DNA of 64,000 nt from an uncultured Candidatus Rokubacteria bacterium (GCA_963805625.1 CAWDVE010000021.1:1-64000), one strand, 5' to 3'. Positions 1 to 9,871 are shown, counted from the first letter of the stretch. Notes: generated by a model not told the origin, from the letters alone. Program-made: numbers and translations.

Positions 1-328
1 TGTCCGCCGCGTGGTGGATCAGCTGGCCTTCGTAGCGATAGACTGTGGAAAACAGCGCATCGCACAGGTGGACTGCGCTGCCCGCGATGGCGTCAAACAC
101 GGGCTGCGCATCCGTCGGTGAAACACGGATGACTTTCAGGATCTCGGCGGTTGCCGCCTGCTGCTCCAGTGCCTCAGCCAGCTCGCGAGCTCGGGCTTCA
201 ACCGTCGATTCGAGCTCGTCGACCCTGGCCTTCACTCGCGACCGCCGCGCCTTCTCCCGAGCCACCGACTTCCGAAGAGCCGCGTTCTCGGCAACCAACG
301 CAGCCTTCGTCGCGCGCGGTAGCTTCAT
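1..328 (-). CDS. GAF-domain signalling protein, N-terminal part (runs off the window edge)
   Basis: Manual translation from ATG 328: coiled coil, then ELAEALEQQAATAEILKVIRVSPTDAQPVFDAIAGSAVHLCDALFSTVYRYEG, a typical GAF entry of sensor kinases/cyclases. Not in the ORF track. Confidence 0.8.
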   Translation of the reverse strand, partial: MKLPRATKAALVAENAALRKSVAREKARRSRVKARVDELESTVEARARELAEALEQQAATAEILKVIRVSPTDAQPVFDAIAGSAVHLCDALFSTVYRYEGQLIHHAAD

Positions 329-358
329 GCCGGTCTTTCCGTGGCCTCGACGTAAGCG

Positions 359-1219
359 TTATCGCATGGGCTCCGGCGAGACGAATTGCCGGATCTCGTC
401 CGTCGTGATCATGTCGCGCGTGAACAGGTCGAATGATCCGTAGTTTCGAAGCTCCTCGGCAATCTTTTTCATGATCGTCAACGATGCCCACATCAGGGCA
501 GGGCCTAGACTGAGGCGCGCGATACCCGCGTCTTCGAGCTCCCGAATCGTGGCACGAGACGTCGGTGCAAGGACGTTAATCGGTGCCCGGATCGCGGCAT
601 GAAGCCGCTTGAGCGTCTGCAGGTCGCCCAGGATGATCGGGTAAAAGCAATCGGCCCCGGCCTCGAAGTAGGCCTTCGCACGCAGGACGGCTTGGTCGAA
701 CTTCTCAGCGTCCGTTCCTGGCACTCTCGGCCAGAAGACATCGGTCCGGGCATTGATGACGAGCGGGACGCCTTCCTGGCGGGCCATCTCCCGGACGGCG
801 CGGATGCGCGCGCACTGAAAATCGGTGTCGAAGAGGGTCTCACCCTCGCGGATGCTGTCCTCGAGGTTGATCCCCACGGCTCCCGCGCGTAGCACCCGGC
901 GCATGCTCTCGGCAACGTCTTTCGGCTGTTCCGCGTATCCCCATTCCATGTCGGCCGTCACCGGGACTTTCACGGATGATGCGATGCGGCCTACTACGTC
1001 CAGCATCGCTTCCAGGGTGATCTCTTGGCAGTCGTCGTAGCCTAGAGAGTAGGCCACCGAGGCGCTCGCCGTGGCGACTGCGGGGTAGCCCAGCCATTCC
1101 ATCATCCGCGCACCTCCCGGGTCCCAGATGTTTGGGAGAACGAGGATGCGGCCCTGGTGATGCAACGCGCGCAGCCGCTCGGCCTTTTGACTCAGTTCGC
1201 TCATACTCGGTCCTGCCAT
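359..1219 (-). CDS. Isocitrate lyase/PEP mutase family protein
   Basis: LPNIWDPGGAR, VATASASVA, VTADMEWGY, GINLED, INARTDVF motifs; start may be 1204. Confidence 0.9.
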   Translation of the reverse strand: MAGPSMSELSQKAERLRALHHQGRILVLPNIWDPGGARMMEWLGYPAVATASASVAYSLGYDDCQEITLEAMLDVVGRIASSVKVPVTADMEWGYAEQPKDVAESMRRVLRAGAVGINLEDSIREGETLFDTDFQCARIRAVREMARQEGVPLVINARTDVFWPRVPGTDAEKFDQAVLRAKAYFEAGADCFYPIILGDLQTLKRLHAAIRAPINVLAPTSRATIRELEDAGIARLSLGPALMWASLTIMKKIAEELRNYGSFDLFTRDMITTDEIRQFVSPEPMR

Positions 1220-1532
1220 TGCAGCCCCCTCTCTATCTCCTCTTGCGAATGTTTCAGGTCGGCGACTTTCCGTTCTTAGCCGTTCCCGCCGTTCCTCAAA
1301 ATGGCTCGCGGACGAGGGCGCGGATCATCTGTGTGCGACCGCGGGGTTGGGGCTGGCCCCCTTTGAAAGCGTCGGCGCAGTCTCGCAGAACTTCGCCTGC
1401 GGGCGATTCTCGTGCTGGCACCGGGGACAGTGCATGCCGGGGCCTCCACTTGGGGCAGCCGGGTCGGTTGCCCACGGCGGACGAGTGGGGCGAGCTTAGC
1501 CGGAGGCCCTCTGGGGGTCAAGGATCCGCATC

Positions 1533-2892
1533 GACTCAAAACTTCGGTTACCAGACGCAGGGCTGTAGCTCAGAAGTCACGGTTACCAATCCACCTCAGG
1601 AGGGACCCGTGACGCGAGCCAGCCTTCGGGAGTACGCCGCCGTCCAGCGGGAGCGCTACCGGCAGGCGACCCGGGCCGAGAAACGCCAGCTCTTGGATGA
1701 GATCGTGGCCGTGACCGGGATCCACCGCAAGGCGGCCATCCGGCTGCTCCGCCGCGCGCCGCGGCCCCGAGCGAGCCCCGGGCCCGGCGGGCGCCCGCGC
1801 GCGTACGGCCCGGAGGTGGCCGCCGTAGCCGAGGTCCTGTGGCAGGCCAGCGGCCGGATCGGCGCCCACCGGCTCCATCCCTTCGTGCCGGAGCTCCTCG
1901 ACCGCCTCCTCCGGGACGGCGAACTGACCCTCGTCCCGACGGTGGACAAGCTCGTGCGGCAAGCGAGCCGCCCCACGCTCGCCCGGCTGTTGGGGCCCGC
2001 CCGCGCGCACTACCCGCGGCGCGGCGCGACCCTCACGCGGCCGGGCTCGGTGCTCAAGCATGAGATCCCCATCCGCACCTTCGCCGAGTGGACCGATGCC
2101 CGGCCCGGCTTCCTCGAGGTCGATCTCGTCGCCCACTGTGGGTCGAGCACCGAGGGCTTCTATCTCTGCACCCTCTGCGCGGTGGACATCGCCACCGCCT
2201 GGGTGGAGCTGGAGGCCGTCTGGGGCAAAGGCCAGGCGCGCGTCGGCGGCGCCGTCCACCGCGTCCGGACCCGCCTCCCCATGCCGCTCCTCGGACTCGA
2301 CAGCGACAACGGGTCCGAGTTCATCAACCACGCGCTCCTGGCCTATTGTCGCCTCCATCGCATCACCTTCACGCGCAGCCGCCCCTGGAAGAAGAACGAC
2401 AGTGCCCATGTCGAGCAGAAGAACGGCGCCGTCGTCCGCCAGCTCGTCGGCTATGATCGCTTCGCCTCCCGGGCCGCCTATGGACACCTCCAACGCGTCT
2501 ACCGCCTCGCCCGCCTACACGTCAACTTCTTCCAGCCCGTGGAGAAGCTCGTGACCAAGACCCGTCAGGGGGCGCACAGCCGTCGAGTCTACGATCGCGC
2601 CCAGACGCCCTATCAGCGTCTCTGCGCCGCCGGCGTTCTGACGGCGGAGGCCCGCCGCCAGCTCGAGGTGCTCTATCAATCGCTCAACCCGCTCCAGCTC
2701 CGGCGCGCCCTCGAGCGCGAGCTCGATCGGCTCTGGGCCCTCGCCGCCCCCGACCCGCACCGCCTCGAGGGGAATACCCAGATAGCCACCCCCCTCCGAA
2801 CGATCACTCCTGGAGGCCCCTAGCCGATGGCTCTGGTAACCCTGAGTTTTGAGCTGACGAGAACCGGAGGGTAACCCTGAGTTATGAGCTAC
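1533..2892 (+). mobile_element. Insertion sequence (rve-type DDE transposase, ISNCY-like) with doubled imperfect inverted repeats
   Basis: Left GACTCAAAACTTCGGTTACCAG (1533-1554) and GTAGCTCAGAAGTCACGGTTACC (1565-1587); right CTGGTAACCCTGAGTTTTGAGCT (2833-2855) and GGTAACCCTGAGTTATGAGCTAC (2870-2892). Exact tips and target duplication not determined. Confidence 0.75.
1609..2823 (+). CDS. DDE-type integrase-core (rve) transposase
   Basis: GTG after AGGAGG; EVDLVAHCG, LDSDNGSEF, KNDSAHVEQKNG catalytic motifs; N-terminal RERYRQATRAEKRQLLDE. Confidence 0.9.
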   Translation: MTRASLREYAAVQRERYRQATRAEKRQLLDEIVAVTGIHRKAAIRLLRRAPRPRASPGPGGRPRAYGPEVAAVAEVLWQASGRIGAHRLHPFVPELLDRLLRDGELTLVPTVDKLVRQASRPTLARLLGPARAHYPRRGATLTRPGSVLKHEIPIRTFAEWTDARPGFLEVDLVAHCGSSTEGFYLCTLCAVDIATAWVELEAVWGKGQARVGGAVHRVRTRLPMPLLGLDSDNGSEFINHALLAYCRLHRITFTRSRPWKKNDSAHVEQKNGAVVRQLVGYDRFASRAAYGHLQRVYRLARLHVNFFQPVEKLVTKTRQGAHSRRVYDRAQTPYQRLCAAGVLTAEARRQLEVLYQSLNPLQLRRALERELDRLWALAAPDPHRLEGNTQIATPLRTITPGGP

Positions 2893-2933
2893 GACGGGAT
2901 CACGGGGCGGCGCCGGGCGTCGGCGGGTTTCCA

Positions 2934-3304
2934 TCACGGTCGCCGGCGAAGCCCGTCCCGTGGCGCGTCACGGAGAGCGAGCAGCACGTCCAGGGCCACG
3001 CGCCGGCGTCGCGGGTCCATCCAGAGCCCCCGCAGGGCCTCGATGGCGGACTCCCATGCCCGGTCCCGGCGTCTGTGGGCATTCGGCTTGGGGCTGCCTC
3101 CGTCGCGACCGAGGAGCCAATCGACCGAGACGCCCCCAGCCTCGGCCATCCGCCCGAGCGTCGCGCTCTTCGGCATCCGGCCCCCGCGTTCGTAGGTCAT
3201 GAGCGCGTTCCGCGAGATGCCCACTCGGCGGGCGAACGCGACCTGCGAAAGCCCGAGGCGCTGGCGGAGCGTGGCGATCCGGCGTCCGACCTCGGCCGCC
3301 CCAT
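2934..3304 (-). pseudogene. XRE/HTH_3 transcriptional regulator, start codon out of frame
   Basis: Frame reads AAEVGRRIATLRQRLGLSQVAFARRVGISRNALMTYERGGRMPKSATL..GVSVDWLLG; nearest ATG (3304) sits in a G run in another frame (real frameshift or assembly indel). Confidence 0.65.
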
Positions 3305-3351
3305 TCGACTCAGGTGAGGTGAGCCCTGGAGCCGGTGGGTCGCCATAGGCG

Positions 3352-3622
3352 TCAGCGCGGCTCAGGCCGCCCGTACCGCCGCAGCGGGTTCACGGTCTGC
3401 TGCGGATCCCAGATCGGTATCATCTGCCACCAGCCGTCGCCCACAGGGACCGGCAGGTACTCCGTCGTGCATCCGCACCAGTCCGGGATCTGGAGGGTCT
3501 GCGTCGGCGCCCAGCCGTGCGGCCGAAGGTCGCTGGCTCGGAACCGCATCGGCGCGACCTCCCGGCCACAGGTCCAGCAGGCGAGCCGGGGACGCGGGCG
3601 ATCAGCGACGTCGAGCCAGGCA
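3352..3622 (-). pseudogene. Small Cys-rich protein (CWTC...WCGC), copy 1, 5'-truncated
   Basis: WLDVADRPRPRLACWTCGREVAPMRFRASDL...PDWCGCTTEYLPVPVG; no start between the upstream TAG and the CxxC; homologous to 14947-15256. Confidence 0.6.
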
Positions 3623-3654
3623 TTGCGCTCATTGAGGCGCTGATACCGGCTCGA

Positions 3655-4677
3655 CTACCCCTTCAGCTCCTTCTTCAGCTCGTTGAGGAACCGCCAGTCG
3701 GTGCCCTGGGCGAGGATCTTTTGAGGGCTCGATTTGATCATGCCAGCTTCGTGGAGCCGTAGGGCATAAAAGCGCACCGAATCCTCGGTGTTGTAGTCGC
3801 GCCAACGGCCGTACGGCACCTCGCGGAGCAACTGTAGTGCGGGGTCGTAGCCTGATGCGAAGCCCCGGCCAGCCAGGAGGCGCGCCGTCGGCTCAGGGCT
3901 GCTCGCACATAGGTTCGCGCCCTTGATGATCGCCCTCATCGCGCGCTTCGTCGCCACGGGATTCCTGCGGACGAACTCGCGGTGTCCCGTCAGTATGCAA
4001 CAGAAGTACGTCGACCAGGGCCGGTCAACGGTCATGTTCACAATGACATGCCCAATCCGCTTCGCACGCAGCTCGTAAGTGGCCGGAGGTCCCTGGATGA
4101 ATGCATCGATGCGCCCGTCGGCCAACTGCTGCTGCGCGTCCGCGCTTGAGAGCACAATCCAGGTGATGTCGCGTTGCGCGTCCAGCCCCACGTGCGCCGC
4201 CATGCTCGCGATGAACAAATGCGACGCGCCCCTCAGGCCAGAAATGGCAACGGTCTTGCCCTTGAGGTCGCGAACCGAATGAACCCGACCTGATCCGAAA
4301 AGTTCCTGGCAGCCGGGATGGATTCCGGCCAGCATCACGATCGACGGATCGACATCCGTCTGCATCACAAGTGGCGCGATGAAGGCCATGGTGATGTCAA
4401 TCTCGCCGGAAGCCAAGGCCGGATAGACCTCCGCGCTGCCGGTCATTCGCACGTACTGCACGTCGGAAAATCCCTCCGCGCGCAGCATGTCCTCCGCCAC
4501 GTACTGCGGCGCGAAGCAGTTGCCCGGAATGTGGACCAGGCGGATTCTGCTCGTCTCCGGAGGCGGCTCCGCGGTAGCCGGTTTGGTAGGCAGGCCCACG
4601 AGCCCCGTCATCGCTGGCCCCCCCACTTTCGCCAGAAAGTCGCGTCGGCTCCACGGGTCGGATCGCCGGTTACTCAT
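3655..4677 (-). CDS. ABC transporter substrate-binding protein, NMT1/SsuA/THI5-like, Tat signal
   Basis: SRRDFL Tat motif, AEPPPETSRIRL, DLKGKTVA, TDWRFLNELKKELK. Confidence 0.85.
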   Translation of the reverse strand: MSNRRSDPWSRRDFLAKVGGPAMTGLVGLPTKPATAEPPPETSRIRLVHIPGNCFAPQYVAEDMLRAEGFSDVQYVRMTGSAEVYPALASGEIDITMAFIAPLVMQTDVDPSIVMLAGIHPGCQELFGSGRVHSVRDLKGKTVAISGLRGASHLFIASMAAHVGLDAQRDITWIVLSSADAQQQLADGRIDAFIQGPPATYELRAKRIGHVIVNMTVDRPWSTYFCCILTGHREFVRRNPVATKRAMRAIIKGANLCASSPEPTARLLAGRGFASGYDPALQLLREVPYGRWRDYNTEDSVRFYALRLHEAGMIKSSPQKILAQGTDWRFLNELKKELKG

Positions 4678-4726
4678 GACCTACCCCCATTAGGGTTGGA
4701 TTGACGTCGCCATTTGGAACGTATCC

Positions 4727-5728
4727 TTACTGAATGACCTCGTCCGCCCGCGCCAGCACCGACGGCGGGATGGTGAGGCCGAGCGCCTTCGCGGTCTTGA
4801 GGTTGATCACGAACTCGAACTTGGTTGGCTGCTCGACCGGCAAGTCGGCGGGCTTCGCGCCTCTCAGGATCTTGTCGACATAGACGGCGAGGCGCCTGGG
4901 CAGCTCGCGCTCGTCCTCTCCGTACGCTATGAGGCCGCCGTCGCGGGCATAGGTCCGGTGCCCGTACATGGCCGGCAGCCGGTGTCGGACCGCCAGGTCC
5001 AGGATCTGTCGCCGGTGAGTCCACGTGACGACCACGTAGGGCACAAAGAGCGCGTCGAAGCCCTCCCGGAGGAGCGCGGTGAAGGCGGGGTCGATATCGT
5101 CGGGCCCTTGTAGGTGCCACCACCGGGGCTGCAGACCCAAGGTTCTGGCTGAGGCCTCGAAGGTGTTAACGTAGGCGGGCAAGCGGGGGACGGCGATCGA
5201 GGGAGGGACCCGGTCGAGAACCGCCACCTTTGAGATCGTGGGCGCGATCTCCTTCAGCAGTTGCAGCCGCTTCCCGATGATTTCCGGGCCCTGGTCGTCG
5301 GACAGTCCCGTGACGTTCCCGCCGGGCCGAGCGAGGTTGGCCACGAGCCCGATGCCGACCGGATCGGTAGCGTTCCACATCACGATGGGAATCGTCGCGG
5401 TCGCCCGCTTGGCCGCCGCGGCCGCCGGCCCGCCGCGGGCCACGACCAGGTCCAGCTTGAGGTGGACCAACTCGGCGGCCAGCTCCGGGAGTCGCTGGTA
5501 GTTCCCGTCCGCGTAACGCTGTTCGACGAACAGGGTCTGGCCCTCGACCCATCCGCGCTCGCGCAGCAGCTCGCGCAGGGATGTCCAGAGGACGCGGTCC
5601 TGCTCGGGGCCTCCGGGGCTGAGGGATCCGATCCGGTACACCTTCCCTGCCTGCTGGGCCTCGGACGCGAGCGGCGCGGCGAGGAGGACCAAGGCGAGGG
5701 TGGCCAGAGCTGCGAGCCGGAGCCTCAT
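4727..5728 (-). CDS. ABC transporter substrate-binding protein (Trp/Tyr-type ABC_sub_bind)
   Basis: ATG after GGAGG; LARPGGNVTG, GKRLQLLKE, GAKPADLPVEQPTKFEFVINLKTAKALG. Confidence 0.9.
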   Translation of the reverse strand: MRLRLAALATLALVLLAAPLASEAQQAGKVYRIGSLSPGGPEQDRVLWTSLRELLRERGWVEGQTLFVEQRYADGNYQRLPELAAELVHLKLDLVVARGGPAAAAAKRATATIPIVMWNATDPVGIGLVANLARPGGNVTGLSDDQGPEIIGKRLQLLKEIAPTISKVAVLDRVPPSIAVPRLPAYVNTFEASARTLGLQPRWWHLQGPDDIDPAFTALLREGFDALFVPYVVVTWTHRRQILDLAVRHRLPAMYGHRTYARDGGLIAYGEDERELPRRLAVYVDKILRGAKPADLPVEQPTKFEFVINLKTAKALGLTIPPSVLARADEVIQ

Positions 5729-5835
5729 GGAGTCCTCCCGTCGTCTCGGAAGCCAAAGGGGGGCCGTACCGCCGGGACCCGGCGTGGGAACCACCCCGAC
5801 CCTACCGCGCCCCGGCCCCGGGCGCCAGACGGGAG
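5690..5835 (-). repeat. Dispersed leader + signal-peptide module, copy 1
   Basis: Minus strand TGGCTTCCGAGACGACGGGAGGACTCCATGAGGCTC; related copies at ~15350-15475 and ~17475-17535. Confidence 0.75.
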
Positions 5836-6056
5836 CCTAGGCCCGCCGGAGTCGCGCTAAGACGTGCCCGCGCCTTCTGGCGGGCCGCCTCGGGGTGCGT
5901 TATGCGCGCAACAGGTGCTTTCTGACGGGGGGACGGGTTGCGAGCATGGCCTGTTGCTCATGATGTGGGGTGATCATTGACACGAGCGCCTCCCAGTCCC
6001 CAGTGTTGAGGCGATCTCGCGGCGTCCCCATTGACAGGGCGAAAACGGGGGTTCCC

Positions 6057-6368
6057 ATGCGGCGGGTCCTGCTGCTCGTGGCCTTCCTGGCGGCCTTGGC
6101 ATCGTTGCTTCCGGTCCCCGCGGAATCTGGCGGTGATGTTTACGTCCGGGGCTACGTCCGACGCGATGGGTCCTATGTGGCCCCCCATTACCGGAGTGCG
6201 CCCGACGGCAATCCGTACAACAACTGGAGCACCTATCCGAACGTCAACCCGTACACCGGCCAGCAAGGAACGCGCACCGTTCCCAATCCGCTCCTGACGC
6301 CTAGCGCGCCGTCATACACGCCGCGCTCCACGTGCGTTCTCGTCGGCTACCAGAAGGTCTGCTATTAG
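6057..6368 (+). CDS. Small secreted protein, YVRGYxRxDGxYVxPHYR...NVNPYTG family
   Basis: Signal peptide plus YVRGYVRRDGSYVAPHYRSAPDGNPYNNWSTYPNVNPYTGQQGT. Confidence 0.75.
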   Translation: MRRVLLLVAFLAALASLLPVPAESGGDVYVRGYVRRDGSYVAPHYRSAPDGNPYNNWSTYPNVNPYTGQQGTRTVPNPLLTPSAPSYTPRSTCVLVGYQKVCY

Positions 6369-6522
6369 GCGCCGGAGTACCGACGTTGGCACCCTCACGC
6401 CGCCCGCCATAGTATCCCGCCACGCCCGCGACCCTTCCCCCGGGAGGTGCGCTGTGCTCCCTACCTACCCTCACGCCCGCCCTACGTTCGATGACACGGG
6501 GAGTGTTCGCCGCTTGCGCCGT

Positions 6523-7236
6523 ATGAAGAGGTATGGCCTGAGTTTGGTCGCCTGGGCACTTACGCTGCTTGTTGCGCCCGTCGCGGCGGATGCGCTGTGC
6601 GCTCCGTCCTTCCCGCCGCGGTCCCCGGAGAGCCCCGCCGACTACGCCGCGGCGCTCGTGGAGAGCCTCACGTGGGCCAAAGAGGGAAGGACGCGGTGGG
6701 TCACGCTCACCTCGGAGGACGACGCGCGCGTCATCCTGACGTGGAAGCTGGCAACGGAGGACTACCGGTGTGCCGCGCAGACCCTCACGCCATTTGCGGG
6801 CAGTGGAAACACCTTCATCGTAACTGGTGCCGGGCTGGTCGCGAGCGTGTACAAGGGTCTCGTCGAAGCCAACGAACGTGGGATCAGTGAAATGGTGGCG
6901 GCAATGGACCGGGCCGGTTCGGGGCCGGCCAACCTTGGTACGCTCACGGATCGGCTGACCAATCTTGCCGTCTTCCAGGACCAGATGTGGCGTCAGCTTC
7001 CCAATGCTGTCGCCGTGGGGATGTACGGGATTGTCAAGTTCAGCGAGCAAGGGCAGGCTACGGGCCGGCTGCGTCTCAGGCGCGCTCAACGCGCGCAGCT
7101 ACTCAGGAGCCTGGAAAGTGGCTTCGGCACGAGCGTTCGGCACGGGATGCAGGCAGGCCAACATGCAGTGGACGGCGCCGCGGCGCTTCTCTACAAGCAA
7201 CTCGCGGACCCAGGCTGGCGCGCTGAGGACGAATAG
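6523..7236 (+). CDS. Hypothetical secreted protein
   Basis: Long ORF with signal-peptide-like N-terminus MKRYGLSLVAWALTLLVAPVAA. Confidence 0.6.
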   Translation: MKRYGLSLVAWALTLLVAPVAADALCAPSFPPRSPESPADYAAALVESLTWAKEGRTRWVTLTSEDDARVILTWKLATEDYRCAAQTLTPFAGSGNTFIVTGAGLVASVYKGLVEANERGISEMVAAMDRAGSGPANLGTLTDRLTNLAVFQDQMWRQLPNAVAVGMYGIVKFSEQGQATGRLRLRRAQRAQLLRSLESGFGTSVRHGMQAGQHAVDGAAALLYKQLADPGWRAEDE

Positions 7237-7304
7237 CGGCGTGTCATTCACTCACTGAGTGTCACCGATCCCGGTGAACCTCGCGTCGAGAGTGGAGGAC
7301 CGGA

Positions 7305-7682
7305 ATGATGCTCCGGCGACTATTTCGCGGCGTGACCCTCGCGATGATGCTCGCCATCAGTGCGGTTGTCCCGCGGGCGGCCGAGGCGCTCACGGGCCTG
7401 GAACTCCTCCGGCAATGTGAAGGACGGTCTCCCCAGGGCCTGGAGGCGCTTGGTCCAATTCTGTGCGCGACCTATCTGAGCGGAATCCTCGACGGCTATC
7501 AGGTCCGCACGATGGAGGCTGGGGTTGGCCGCCAGGCTCTATGCCCACCGGCCGCCGGCATCGAGAATGAGCAGTCGAAGCTCATCGTGGAAAAATGGCT
7601 GCGCGACCATCCGGACGCCCTTGGTGAACCGGCCCGCGTCCCCGCAATTGTTGCGATTGCGCAGGCGTTCCCGTGTCGTTGA
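7305..7682 (+). CDS. Rap1a/Tai-like immunity protein
   Basis: Signal peptide; TGLELLRQC, CATYLSGILDG, CPP, WLRDHP, AIAQAFPC Cys pattern. Confidence 0.8.
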   Translation: MMLRRLFRGVTLAMMLAISAVVPRAAEALTGLELLRQCEGRSPQGLEALGPILCATYLSGILDGYQVRTMEAGVGRQALCPPAAGIENEQSKLIVEKWLRDHPDALGEPARVPAIVAIAQAFPCR

Positions 7683-7805
7683 CCCTGCGGGGCTCGCGGA
7701 CTGCAAGTGAAGTCAGCGCTAGAGGGCAATGTTAGCCGCCGGATATCCCGAAAGCGGCCAGGGTGAACCAGACGAGGCGCTTTGGCGTCGAACGATTCAA
7801 ACGTC

Positions 7806-7833
7806 TTGACGCCGTGCCGCCCGCCAATATATT
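7806..7833 (+). promoter_or_regulatory. Putative sigma70 promoter of the element's replication-like operon
   Basis: TTGACG-16 nt-TATATT upstream of the HTH/AAA cluster. Confidence 0.45.
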
Positions 7834-8062
7834 CGCAACTGTGCGCCATTCGTCATGAGGACGGGAGGGGCGATGCCTGAACACGCTCAATAGTTACGGA
7901 GCGTACGGTTTCGACACGATCAAACCCACCCGCCCGAGACCTACCTGGCGTGGGGACCTGTTCGCTCCCCGGCTCCCCTCTCCACCAGTCCCTAGACATG
8001 CAGCACCCATGGGCGCGTCGAATCGGCGCGTCCCCCCCTTTACCCACGGAGGTACACACCGT

Positions 8063-8233
8063 ATGAACGAGCCGACCTACTACACCCCGATGCAAGCCGC
8101 CCAACTGCTGTTCAGCACCGAGGGCGCCGTCCGGCAGATGATCCGGCGCGGCCAACTCCAGGCGATCCGGGTGGGCCGTGCGGTCCGCATCCCGCGCGAT
8201 GCTCTCCAGACGGCCGTCCGCCACCGGCTGTAG
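8063..8233 (+). CDS. Excisionase-like HTH_17 DNA-binding protein
   Basis: GGAGG RBS; YYTPMQAAQLL..VRQMIRRGQLQAIRVGRAVRIP. Confidence 0.85.
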   Translation: MNEPTYYTPMQAAQLLFSTEGAVRQMIRRGQLQAIRVGRAVRIPRDALQTAVRHRL

Positions 8234-8279
8234 GCCCAGTGGTGGCCGTTCGATGAACTCCCACACCGAAGGAGGGGCC

Positions 8280-8498
8280 ATGGACCGTCTGTGCCCGATT
8301 GAGCCAGGGCCGGTCTCGTTCGCGCTACTCGCCCACGGCTCCCTGTCGTGGGAGTGCGTGCCGTTCTCGCTCCGCTCGCGTGGCACGACGCCACCGGGCC
8401 CCTGGCGCATCGTCCAGGCCACACGACTGGGCTGCCCGCGCCTGCGGGTGACGTGGTGTCCGCTCAACGGTGGGCGGGCGTTCCCGCAATCCGTTTGA
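8280..8498 (+). CDS. Hypothetical protein
   Basis: AAGGAGG RBS before ATG 8280; co-oriented with the operon. Confidence 0.4.
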   Translation: MDRLCPIEPGPVSFALLAHGSLSWECVPFSLRSRGTTPPGPWRIVQATRLGCPRLRVTWCPLNGGRAFPQSV

Positions 8499-8644
8499 CC
8501 GCGGCCTGAGCCCGTAGGGCACGAGGGCGCCGACCCCTCGTCGCCAGTTCTCCAGGTCTTCGCAGCACCGCCGCCTGCCCGTGCGGCCTGACCCTTCGAC
8601 GCAACCGACCCGTTGTGACTGACCACCACTCTGAGGAGATCGCC

Positions 8645-8902
8645 ATGCTTAACCCCAGTCCCGCACCATCCCCCGACCTGATCCGGGTCAGCGACCTGGG
8701 CGCGATCGCGTTCCTGCTCTTGCGCGGCCATCGAGTTCTGGGCCTAGAAGGCCGGCATGGCCGTCGCCTCTTTCTGTTCGCGAGCGCCGCCACGCCTGAC
8801 CTGGAGGCATTTGGTACCGATCCGCCCGTGGGCGCGGCCTCGTACGCCGATGCGTTGCGGCGGGCCAAGGGAATCATCAACACGGCCAACATCACGTCCT
8901 AG
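8645..8902 (+). CDS. Small hypothetical protein, DUF5659-like
   Basis: GAGGAG RBS; SDLGAIAFLLLRGHRVLGLE...LFLF pattern. Confidence 0.55.
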   Translation: MLNPSPAPSPDLIRVSDLGAIAFLLLRGHRVLGLEGRHGRRLFLFASAATPDLEAFGTDPPVGAASYADALRRAKGIINTANITS

Positions 8903-8938
8903 CGAAAACCACTCAGACCAGGAGGCACCACTCAGCTC

Positions 8939-9871
8939 ATGCGTGCATTTGATCCGATGACGGCCGCGGCGTTGCTGGCACAGCCTGACGAGGAGACCCC
9001 GTGGATTCTCGACACGCTGCTCGTGGCTGGTGACCTCGCGATCTTGTCATCGGCTCCTAAGGTTGGGAAATCGACGTTCGCCTATGCGGCCGTCGTGGCC
9101 ATGGCCCAAGCACGCCCGTTCATGGGGCTTGATACGACCTCCACCCCCGGTGGGGTCCTCGTTCTCGCGCTAGAGGAGAGCCAGCGCAGCATCCGGCGCC
9201 GGCTCGTCCGGTTCGGCATGCGCGCCGAAGACCCGATCCATGTCTGGGCGGGACCGCTGTCCCCGAACCGACTCCCCGACGTGAAGGCGTTTCTTGCCAG
9301 CCATTCTGAGATTGTCCTGGTTGTTGTCGATACGTTGAGCCGGTACTGGATTGGGCACGTGACCGAAGAAAACTCAAATGCCGAGGTCGCCGCGGTCACT
9401 GAGCCACTGCTGAGGCTTGCCCGCGACCACAAGGTGTGCGTGCTGCTTCTCCACCACGACCGAAAGAATGGTGATGGCTCGGACCCGCGACACATCCGCG
9501 GGGCAGGTGACCTGTTCGCCGTGGTGGACCAAGCGTTGCAGCTTGAGAAGATCCATGGTTCCCGGCGCACCCTACACGTGACCGGCCGCTACCAAGATGA
9601 GAGTCCTGCCCAGATCGACATCGACCTGGTTGGCGACGAGTACCGCCTGGTTGTCGACGGCAATACGACCAAGACCGCGGCGGCCTTGGACGGTGAGCGG
9701 TGGAAGACCGTCCAGGAACTGAGCGAGGAAACCAGCCAGGGACGCTGGAAGGTCAATGCCGACCTGCGCGCCCTGAAGGGCAAGGTGGAGACGTCGGGCC
9801 GGGGCGCAAAGGGCGATCCCCGGCGATACCGACGTGCCCCCGTGGCCGATGATGTTGGTGTTGGCACCTAG
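8939..9871 (+). CDS. AAA_25 / RecA-fold (RepA-like) helicase ATPase
   Basis: Walker A APKVGKS, LALEES, Walker B VVVDTLSR, LLHHDRK, RGAGDL; possible C-terminal winged helix. Confidence 0.85.
   Translation: MRAFDPMTAAALLAQPDEETPWILDTLLVAGDLAILSSAPKVGKSTFAYAAVVAMAQARPFMGLDTTSTPGGVLVLALEESQRSIRRRLVRFGMRAEDPIHVWAGPLSPNRLPDVKAFLASHSEIVLVVVDTLSRYWIGHVTEENSNAEVAAVTEPLLRLARDHKVCVLLLHHDRKNGDGSDPRHIRGAGDLFAVVDQALQLEKIHGSRRTLHVTGRYQDESPAQIDIDLVGDEYRLVVDGNTTKTAAALDGERWKTVQELSEETSQGRWKVNADLRALKGKVETSGRGAKGDPRRYRRAPVADDVGVGT

Noticed and set aside
3620-3660. TAG readthrough (pyrrolysine) joining the SBP to the Cys-rich ORF
   Set aside because: The SBP ends at its family-typical C-terminus (ELKKELKG); truncation of the downstream gene explains the frame more simply.
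4585-4594. TGGTAGGC match to the tRNA 3' end as a possible distal att site
   Set aside because: Only about 8 bp and inside an intact gene; expected by chance.
7700-8060. Riboswitch or ncRNA in the long intergenic region
   Set aside because: Only short hairpins; no family consensus recognisable without an Infernal/Rfam search.
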